Position numbers and translations under genes: made by a program
Source: an uncultured Caulobacterales bacterium
GTDB taxonomy: Bacteria > Pseudomonadota > Alphaproteobacteria > Caulobacterales > Maricaulaceae
Assembly: GCA_964568975.1 (NCBI GenBank)
Contig: CAZMSO010000003.1
Span: forward strand, 85,399 to 109,398
Direction: 5' to 3'
DNA: 24,000 nucleotides
In this document: piece after piece, positions 17,841 through 24,000 of the stretch
Numbering within the stretch: the first letter of the stretch is position 1
Layout of the letters: the number at the start of each line of letters is the position of its first letter
Notes under the pieces: model-generated
The model's input: only the letters and a program-made list of their open reading frames with translations
Database searches by the model: none
Told to the model about the DNA's origin: nothing

Positions 17841-19106
17841 ATGTCCATGCGCCGCGCCCGCGCACTCCTCAGCGGTTTTTCTGCGGCGGCGTGCGTCAGC
17901 CTGGCGACGCCGCTCGCCCACGCGCGCCAAGATCAGGTGTTGCGTCCGGCTCATGCTGACGACTTAGTCGCGGCGAGCGCGGCGCGCTCCGCGGAAAGCG
18001 AGCGGTTGCGGCGCGAAGCCGACGCCCTGGCTGCGGAAATCGCCGCCTTGCGCGCTGATCTCGTCGCGGCGGGCGAGGCGCGTGCGCGGCAAGAACGCCT
18101 CACCCAGGCCGCACGCGCCCGCGCAGCGGCGCTCTCGGAAGAAGAAACTGCGCTCGCTGACGAGCTGGCGCGCCAGCATCGAGCCCTCGCCGACATCTTG
18201 GGCGCGTTGCAACGCGCCGCCCGCGCCGACCCGCCAGCGCTGGCGACACGGCCTCGCGACGCGGCGGCCGCCGCCCGCGCGGCGCTGTTGCTTGCCGAGG
18301 CGGCCCCCGCGCTTGACGCCCGGGCGGAAGACCTCAAGGCGCGCATCGACGCCTTGCGCGGCTTGCGCGAAGCCTCCGCCGACGCGCGCACGGCGGTGGC
18401 TGACGCTGAAACGGCCCTGGCCGCGCGGCGCGCGGACACGTTAGCGTTAGTGGAACGCAAAGCCGCCTTGGAGCGCCGCCTGCGCGGGGACGCTGACCGC
18501 GCCGCCTCCCGCGCGGCTGCGTTGGCGCGCGAAGCGGGGAATGTGCGCGAACTCATCAATCGGTTGGAACGCGACGCCGCGCCCCTCGCCCCGCGGACGA
18601 AGCCTGCTTCCGCGCCATCCACCCCATCTGCGCCGCACCTTGCCTTACGCGGCGCGCCAGCGCCCAAGCCCGTCGCGGTCGCGCAGGCGCCGCGGCCGCG
18701 GCCTGGGTCCGGCTTTGCGCGCGCACGCGGCGCGCTGAGACCGCCGGCGCTCGGGCGTGTGGTGCGGGGATACCGTGAAGGCGGCGGTGTTTTGACTGAG
18801 GGCGTGGCGTGGGCCGTCGCCCCCGGCGCTCAGATTGTCGCCCCTTATGGCGGGACTGTGATGTTCGCCGCACCCTTTCCTAACTATGGGCGGCTCTTGA
18901 TCCTCGATGTGGGCGATGGCTACTATATCGTGATGGTTGGATTTGGCGAATTGCATGCGCGCGCCAGCACGTCCGTCGTCGCCGGAGAACCGGTGGGCGA
19001 AATGTCGCAGGAGAGAGACGGTCGGGAGCCGGAACTTTATTTGGAGATTCGCAGGCACGGTCGGTCCGTGAATCCAGCCCCTTGGCTGGGGGAGGACTGG
19101 ACGTGA
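17841..19106 (+). CDS. EnvC-like murein hydrolase activator (signal peptide, long coiled coil, degenerate M23/LytM domain)
   Basis: Signal peptide MSMRRARALLSGFSAAACVSLATPLAHA. About 250 aa of Ala/Arg/Glu/Leu-rich coiled coil follow. The C-terminal LytM-like fold is (GVAWAVAPGAQIVAPYGGTVMFA...GRLLILDVGDGYYIVMVGFGE...ELYLEIRRHGRSVNP). The alternative start is 17847. Confidence 0.8.
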   Translation: MSMRRARALLSGFSAAACVSLATPLAHARQDQVLRPAHADDLVAASAARSAESERLRREADALAAEIAALRADLVAAGEARARQERLTQAARARAAALSEEETALADELARQHRALADILGALQRAARADPPALATRPRDAAAAARAALLLAEAAPALDARAEDLKARIDALRGLREASADARTAVADAETALAARRADTLALVERKAALERRLRGDADRAASRAAALAREAGNVRELINRLERDAAPLAPRTKPASAPSTPSAPHLALRGAPAPKPVAVAQAPRPRPGSGFARARGALRPPALGRVVRGYREGGGVLTEGVAWAVAPGAQIVAPYGGTVMFAAPFPNYGRLLILDVGDGYYIVMVGFGELHARASTSVVAGEPVGEMSQERDGREPELYLEIRRHGRSVNPAPWLGEDWT

Positions 19107-19161
19107 TCAGCCCCATGAATAATGCCCGCCGCCAGAGGGTGGTCCACACGGGAGACGCGGC

Positions 19162-20469
19162 ATGAAGCTTCGCGCACTCATTGCAGGAACGGTGATTGGC
19201 GGCGTCCTCGGCGCCAGCTTCATCGCCGTGGCGTCGGACACGCCGGAAACTGATCGCGACCAAACCTTCCAGCGCCTGATTGTGCTGGGCGATGTGCTGG
19301 GGCGCGTGCAAAGCGATTACGTGTCGGATGTGGACAACACCGAGCTGGTGGAAGCCGCCATCCAGGGCATGCTTCAGTCGCTGGATCCCCATTCAAGCTA
19401 TCTCAGCCCGGAATCCTACCGGGATATGGAGGTGTCCACCCGCGGCGAATATGGCGGCCTTGGCATTGAAGTGACGGCGGAAGACGGGGTGGTGAAAGTC
19501 GTCTCGCCCATTGACGACACGCCGGCCGCCCGCGCCGGTTTGCGCAGCGGCGACTATCTCACCGCGGTCGATGGCGATCCGATTGTCGGGATGAATTTGG
19601 ACGAAGCGGTCGACCGGCTGCGCGGGCCCGTGGGCGCGGCGGTGACGATTTCCGTCGTCCGCGATGGCGCGGAGCCGTTCGACGTCACGATTGTGCGCGA
19701 GATCATCCGGCCCAAAGTTGTGGCGTGGGATATTCAAGACGACACAGTCGGGTATGTCCGCATTGCGACCTTCAATCAGCAAGCCTCCGACGCGCTGGAA
19801 GACGCGTTGCGCGAGATCAAGAGCGACCTGGGCGATTCCATGGAGGGGTTGATCCTGGATTTGCGTGACAATCCCGGCGGGCTTTTGGAAGAAGCCGTGG
19901 CGGTGGCTGATCTGTTCCTCGATGGCGGGGAAGTCGTCTCCACGCGCGGTCGTCGTCCGCGCGACATTGATCGCTATAACGCCCGCCCGGGCGATGCGCT
20001 CAATGACCAGCCGGTGGTCGTGCTGATTAATGAAGGTTCCGCCTCAGCGGCCGAAATCGTCGCCGGCGCGCTGCAGGATCGCCGCCGCGCGACCGTGGTT
20101 GGCGTCACGTCCTTCGGCAAAGGCTCCGTGCAGACCGTGATTCCCCTGCGCGGCGGCAAGGACGGGGCGTTGCGACTGACCACGGCCACATACTACACCC
20201 CGGCGAACCGCTCAATTCAGGCCCGGGGCATCCAGCCCGACATTGAGGTCGCCGCGCGGCGCGGGCAAATCATTGGCGAACGCTTGTCGGAGGCGGATCT
20301 GCCGAATGCGCTGTCGAACAGCACGGAAGACAGCCGCGACGAAGATCACCGCGCGGCGGACGAGCCGCCGGAGGACTTCCCAGAAGACGAGGATTACCAG
20401 CTCAAACGCGCGATCGAGATTTTGCGCACGGTGGAGCTGAGTGAGAACGACCGCCGCCGCGCCGGCTAA
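19162..20469 (+). CDS. ctpA: S41-family carboxy-terminal processing peptidase
   Basis: 435 aa with an N-terminal anchor/signal. PDZ region GGLGIEV...VVSPIDDTPAARAGLRSGDYLTAVDG. Catalytic region LDLRDNPGGLL...VLINEGSASAAEIVAGALQD...GKGSVQ. Acidic C-terminal tail. Confidence 0.9.
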   Translation: MKLRALIAGTVIGGVLGASFIAVASDTPETDRDQTFQRLIVLGDVLGRVQSDYVSDVDNTELVEAAIQGMLQSLDPHSSYLSPESYRDMEVSTRGEYGGLGIEVTAEDGVVKVVSPIDDTPAARAGLRSGDYLTAVDGDPIVGMNLDEAVDRLRGPVGAAVTISVVRDGAEPFDVTIVREIIRPKVVAWDIQDDTVGYVRIATFNQQASDALEDALREIKSDLGDSMEGLILDLRDNPGGLLEEAVAVADLFLDGGEVVSTRGRRPRDIDRYNARPGDALNDQPVVVLINEGSASAAEIVAGALQDRRRATVVGVTSFGKGSVQTVIPLRGGKDGALRLTTATYYTPANRSIQARGIQPDIEVAARRGQIIGERLSEADLPNALSNSTEDSRDEDHRAADEPPEDFPEDEDYQLKRAIEILRTVELSENDRRRAG

Positions 20470-20492
20470 GGCGCCCGCGTCGCGACGGCCAT

Positions 20493-20510
20493 CCGCCAAG
20501 GATTTGGCGG
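20493..20510 (+). terminator. Short stem-loop downstream of ctpA
   Basis: CCGCCAA-ggat-TTGGCGG: a perfect 7-bp stem with a 4-nt loop, 24 nt after the ctpA stop. There is no U-tract. Confidence 0.25.
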
Positions 20511-20588
20511 CGCGCTCTGCCGTCTCGTTGTGATCCGCAGCGGCGTGGGAGCGTCGCGTTAAGCCCAGCGCGCTAAACTCGCCGCTAT

Positions 20589-22103
20589 GTGGTCTTCCAT
20601 CATGCGACCCGCCCGATGACGCCGGCGGCGCCCGCATGGGTGCTCGCGGCGCGTGACGCCGCCCGCGCCGCGTTGCAGCGAGTGGCGTCTGACGGCGCTG
20701 TCCAGAGCCTCGCCTCCTCCGCCGGGGCGTCGATCACCCCGGGCGTGCTTGGGGCGGCCGGGGCCGTCGGGTTCGCAGTCAGCCTCGCCGGGGTGCAGAT
20801 CTTTGGCGATCCCCGCGCCGCGGCCGGCTTTGTGCACGCCCAGATTGTCATTACCAGCGCTGAGCACGCGACAGCGGGGACGCCTGCGCCCCACGCCGAC
20901 CACGCGCCCGACCTGCATCATCGGGCTCCGGACAGCGCCGATACCCACCCACACCGTCACAGCGACGCGCGCGAGCGGCATGAGCCCGTGGGCGTCCACG
21001 GGTCGGACGCGCCCTATGACACCGAGCACGGCCGCCCGGGCCATGACGACCGTCACGCGCAGTCCGGCCACGCCCGAGAGCGCGATTCCACGCACGCGAC
21101 AGCCGACACGGGCGCGCATCCCGATCCGGCGCCCCCCGCGCCCCGCCCCAACCCGCTTGCGCCGCCGCCGGGGCTGACGCAACCCGGTCCTGGCGGCCGC
21201 TTGCCCGCGATCGCGCCCGATGGCCATGTGGCTGCGGACGTCTATGCACGCCCCTTCCCGATGGAGGACGCCCGCCCGCGCATCGCCTTAATGGCGACGG
21301 GCCTTGGCCTGTCGCCAACCATCACGGCGCAGGCGATCGAGACATTGCCGCCGGAGGTGACCCTCGCCTTTTCGCCCTACGCGGCGGACCTCCAACAATG
21401 GATCGACGCCGCGCGCACGGCCGGCCACGAGGTGGTGCTGGCGCTGCCGATGGAGCCCTTTGATTATCCGGACGACGACCCTGGGCCCCATGTGCTCTTA
21501 GCCGATTCCAGCGCTGCGGAGCTGACCCGACGGCTCGATTGGCTGATGGCGCGCGCGACCGGCTATGTCGCTGTGACGAACCATTTCGGCGCACGCTTCA
21601 CCACCGACGGCGACGCAACGACCCGCGTCTTGCGGACCCTCGCCGCCCGAGGCGTCGCCTTCGTCTACGCCGACCCGGCCGCGCGCCCGCGGCTGGGCGG
21701 CTTAGCGGCGGCGACGCGCGCGCGTTTCGCCGGGGCTGACATTCTTTTAGACGCGCGCCGCGCGGGCCGCGGCTTGGACGAGCAGTTCTTGCGCCTGGAG
21801 GCGGGGGCCCTGCGCCAGGGCGACGCCCTTGGTGCGTTTGAGGCCCGCGGCGGCTTAATCACCGCGGCCGCGCGTTGGGCCGCTGGCCTTGAGGCCAAGG
21901 GCTACGCTTTAGCGCCCGTGAGCTTTGTGGTCCGGGAGCGCTCGACCATGCGAGGCGGATACGCCCGCCGCGAGCCGTCAGCGGTTGGCGCGCCGCCGCG
22001 GTTTCGTGTGGTCAAAGCGGGATTTGGCGGTCGCGATGAGGACGGCTACGCTGGCGGCGACGATACGGATGCGGGAAAACAGGCTCATGGCGACGGACAT
22101 TGA
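20589..22103 (+). CDS. Divergent polysaccharide deacetylase family protein (YibQ-like) with an N-terminal TM anchor and a His/Asp/Pro-rich linker
   Basis: The core RIALMATGLGLS...LPPEVTLAFSPYA...AGHEVVLALPMEPFDYPDDDPGPHVLL...YVAVTNHFGARFT matches the YibQ/DUF610 family. GTG 20589 or ATG 20616 may be the start. TM helix GVLGAAGAVGFAVSLAGVQIF. The stop is TGA at 22101-22103. Confidence 0.8.
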   Translation: MVFHHATRPMTPAAPAWVLAARDAARAALQRVASDGAVQSLASSAGASITPGVLGAAGAVGFAVSLAGVQIFGDPRAAAGFVHAQIVITSAEHATAGTPAPHADHAPDLHHRAPDSADTHPHRHSDARERHEPVGVHGSDAPYDTEHGRPGHDDRHAQSGHARERDSTHATADTGAHPDPAPPAPRPNPLAPPPGLTQPGPGGRLPAIAPDGHVAADVYARPFPMEDARPRIALMATGLGLSPTITAQAIETLPPEVTLAFSPYAADLQQWIDAARTAGHEVVLALPMEPFDYPDDDPGPHVLLADSSAAELTRRLDWLMARATGYVAVTNHFGARFTTDGDATTRVLRTLAARGVAFVYADPAARPRLGGLAAATRARFAGADILLDARRAGRGLDEQFLRLEAGALRQGDALGAFEARGGLITAAARWAAGLEAKGYALAPVSFVVRERSTMRGGYARREPSAVGAPPRFRVVKAGFGGRDEDGYAGGDDTDAGKQAHGDGH

Positions 22104-22629
22104 CGCGCCGGGCATGACGATGGCGGACGCCCACGGGCGTGATCTCTCCAAGCACCGGGCGAATGTGGGGCTGTGCCTGTTCAACGCCTCGGGCCTCGTG
22201 TGGCTCGGGGAGCGCGCCCACAGCGATCGGGAGACTCATCCCTGGCAAATGCCGCAAGGCGGTGTGGATCCGGGCGAAGACCTCTACGCCGCCGCCTTGC
22301 GTGAAATGGCGGAGGAAACCGGCGTGCGCGCGGATTTAGTCTCGCTGTTGGGCGTGATCGACCGCTGGCTGACGTATGATTTCCCGCCCGACGTGCTGGC
22401 GCGCAAACGCACGGACGGCAAAGACGGCTGGATCGGCCAAAAGCAGCGCTGGTTTGCGTTTCGGTTTTTGGGCTCAGACCGCGATGTGGCGTTGGATTCC
22501 CACCAGCCCGCCGAGTTTCGCTCCTGGCGATGGGAGCGGCTGGCGCGCACGCCGGAGCTGATTATCCCGTGGAAGCGCCCAGTGTATGACGTCGTCGCGG
22601 CGGAATTTGCGCGCTTCGCCAGCGACTGA
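22087..22629 (+). CDS. rppH: RNA pyrophosphohydrolase (Nudix)
   Basis: HRANVGLCLFNASGLVWLGER...WQMPQGGVDPGEDLYAAALREMAEETG (Nudix box) ...QKQRWFAFRF...EF..WRW. The start is uncertain. ATG 22087 overlaps the upstream gene by 17 nt. ATG 22114 or 22120 give a shorter N-terminus closer to homologs. Confidence 0.88.
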   Translation: MATDIDAPGMTMADAHGRDLSKHRANVGLCLFNASGLVWLGERAHSDRETHPWQMPQGGVDPGEDLYAAALREMAEETGVRADLVSLLGVIDRWLTYDFPPDVLARKRTDGKDGWIGQKQRWFAFRFLGSDRDVALDSHQPAEFRSWRWERLARTPELIIPWKRPVYDVVAAEFARFASD

Positions 22630-22781
22630 CGCCCCCAGCCGGAGGACGTCATTGTCGACCGCGCAGCGCGCCAAGGCGTGCTTAGGGGCGTGTCCCGGCG
22701 AGCGTCCGCGTCTTCGGTTCGGGGGCTGCAGCCTGGGGCGTGTCGGAGCGCCCAATCGGGCGGGGAGAAGCGCAGCGGTCT

Positions 22782-23192
22782 TTACACGTAAGCGGCTTGC
22801 GCGAGCGCCTGGACCATGGCCTGCAGACGCTCAACCTCAGCTTCCGCGGCAGGCCGGGTCGCCTCATCGGCGTCGGCAAGGCGTGCGCGCGCGGCCTGGA
22901 GCTGCTCATCCAGATCCGATGGCGACACATCATCAAGCGATGCGGCGTCCTCCGCCAGGACCGTCAGCCCCTCCGGCGTCACATCCGCAAAGCCGCCTCG
23001 GACGAAAATCTTGCGCGCGGCGTTTTCTTTGAGGATCACCAGCGCCCCAGCGCGCAGCGTCGTCATGAAGGGCGCGTGACGCGGCAGCACGCCGAAATCA
23101 CCGTTGACGCCCGGGACGATGACGTGCTCGACGGCGTCCGACACCACTTCGCGCTCCGGCGACACCAAGCTGAATTGAAACGTCTCCGCCAT
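22782..23192 (-). CDS. atpC: F0F1 ATP synthase subunit epsilon
   Basis: ATG 23192 is preceded by GAGAGGAA. MAETFQFSLVSPEREVVSDAVEHVIVPGVNGDFGVLPRHAPFMTTLRAGALVI...VRGGFADVTPEGLTVLAEDA is the typical alphaproteobacterial epsilon. The upstream part of track ORF 22782-23351 is not coding. Confidence 0.9.
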   Translation of the reverse strand: MAETFQFSLVSPEREVVSDAVEHVIVPGVNGDFGVLPRHAPFMTTLRAGALVILKENAARKIFVRGGFADVTPEGLTVLAEDAASLDDVSPSDLDEQLQAARARLADADEATRPAAEAEVERLQAMVQALAQAAYV

Positions 23193-23280
23193 CGGGGTTC
23201 CTCTCGTTTGCGTCCGCAGTCCTACTGCGCGCCGCGCGCGGCGTCGAGGCGCAGCCCGCAGCCCCCATTCACGGCCGGGC

Positions 23281-23826
23281 TCACGCGACGGCCGCCGCCC
23301 CGTGCATGCGCGCGTGCAGCGCGTGCTGCAGGCTTGCAGGGTCCGCGACATCGCGGGTTGTGTGGCTCACTTCCCCGACAGTGACAATCGTGACCGCGCC
23401 ATAGTTAAAGATGCGTCCAAGCCAGGGCTGCTCAATGGCCACGCGCACGATCTTCTCCAGATCCGTCGCCCAAAACTCAATATTGAACACGCCGTCTTTC
23501 TCCACAAAGCGCCGGTTCGTGACCGCCAGCTCCCGGAACTGCATGCGGATGAAGCGCAGGGTCAGACGCCAAACGAGCCGGCCCGCAAACACCGCCAAGC
23601 CCGCCACATACGCCCACTGAAACCAGTGTTGGATCTGCGGCGACTGGCTCGCCGTCAGGGGATCCAACAGCAACGCGCGCGCCACGTTCCACAGCGCCGT
23701 CACCGCCACAAACTCCAGCACCGGCGCGCCGTAATGCGCCATGTTGGAAAAGCGCGGCGCGTACTCCGCAGCCTCCCCCGCCAACATCATTTTCGCCAGA
23801 TACGCCATCGCCATCCCCCACCGCAC
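23281..23826 (-). CDS. Membrane protein with a bacterial PH domain (bPH_2, YdbS/YdbT-like)
   Basis: Two TM helices (APVLEFVAVTALWNVARALLL and WFQWAYVAGLAVFAGRLVW) are followed by RMQFRELAVTNRRFVEKDGVFNIEFWATDLEKIVRVAIEQPWLGRIFNYGAVTIVT, which fits the bPH_2 pattern. Third codon positions are GC-rich like the host genes. Candidate starts are GTG 23826, ATG 23814 and ATG 23808. Confidence 0.68.
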   Translation of the reverse strand: MRWGMAMAYLAKMMLAGEAAEYAPRFSNMAHYGAPVLEFVAVTALWNVARALLLDPLTASQSPQIQHWFQWAYVAGLAVFAGRLVWRLTLRFIRMQFRELAVTNRRFVEKDGVFNIEFWATDLEKIVRVAIEQPWLGRIFNYGAVTIVTVGEVSHTTRDVADPASLQHALHARMHGAAAVA

Positions 23827-23843
23827 CGCCCTCTGCGCGCGGC

Positions 23844-23999
23844 TTACAGCGCCATGGCCATATCCCCGGGGCCCATCGCCTGCAACATCGCGAGATCCTC
23901 CGGCGACAGCATGTCCTTCAACTCCTGCGCCGACACCGAGCCGGCCGCCGCGCGCTCGCGTCGGCGCAACTCATGATAGGCGTCGTTGCGGGCCTCGCG
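23844..23999 (-). CDS. 3' end of an unidentified CDS; 5' end lies outside the window
   Basis: An open frame runs from the window edge to TAA (complement of 23844-23846). It translates to ...REARNDAYHELRRRERAAAGSVSAQELKDMLSPEDLAMLQAMGPGDMAMAL. This is not the AtpD C-terminus. It ends 17 nt upstream of the bPH_2 gene, so the two are probably co-transcribed. Confidence 0.4.
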   Translation of the reverse strand, partial: REARNDAYHELRRRERAAAGSVSAQELKDMLSPEDLAMLQAMGPGDMAMAL

Positions 24000-24000
24000 G

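Noticed and set aside
17951-18667. 238-aa minus-strand ORF and several + strand alternate-frame ORFs within the EnvC-like gene
   Set aside because: They are the mirror image of an Ala/Arg/Glu-rich coiled-coil coding region. They are pure Ala/Arg/Ser low complexity, and no stop codons arise simply because of GC content.
22630-22781. Possible tRNA or small RNA in the 152-bp rppH/atpC spacer (GGTTCGGGGG resembles a T-loop)
   Set aside because: No complementary T-stem, acceptor stem or anticodon arm could be drawn. Only the weak direct repeat is reported, as a low-interest finding.

Overview
High-GC (roughly 65-70%) alphaproteobacterial-type chromosomal window. It is densely coding and dominated by core housekeeping genes. 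In order: 3' end of an excisionase-type HTH gene; a COQ9-family gene divergent from rpsU (S21); an orphan hybrid histidine kinase; a DUF3995 membrane protein; pntB; two tandem paralogous beta-barrel OMP genes on the opposite strand; pntAB; a two-gene RND efflux pump (adaptor and permease); a YgjP-like metallopeptidase; a SAM methyltransferase; then obg-nadD-(egtD-like)-rsfS-rlmH-envC-like-ctpA-yibQ-like-rppH; and finally atpC preceded by a bPH_2 membrane protein and an unidentified ORF. I saw no rRNA, tRNA, CRISPR array, transposase, integrase or recognisable defence genes. I did not find a convincing self-contained novel system. The points worth a second look are mainly synteny breaks in normally conserved operons. 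The pnt operon is split by opposite-strand OMP genes and lacks pntAA. A lone egtD-like gene sits inside the nadD-rsfS-rlmH cluster. atpC is detached from atpD. Smaller sequence-level oddities are a probable ATC start for rpsU, an 11-bp-phased direct repeat upstream of the RND operon, a strong hairpin between the OMP paralogs, and a His-rich linker in the YibQ-like protein. Most other long ORFs in the six-frame track are antisense or alternate-frame artefacts of high GC content. All family assignments come from motif recognition by eye, not from database searches.
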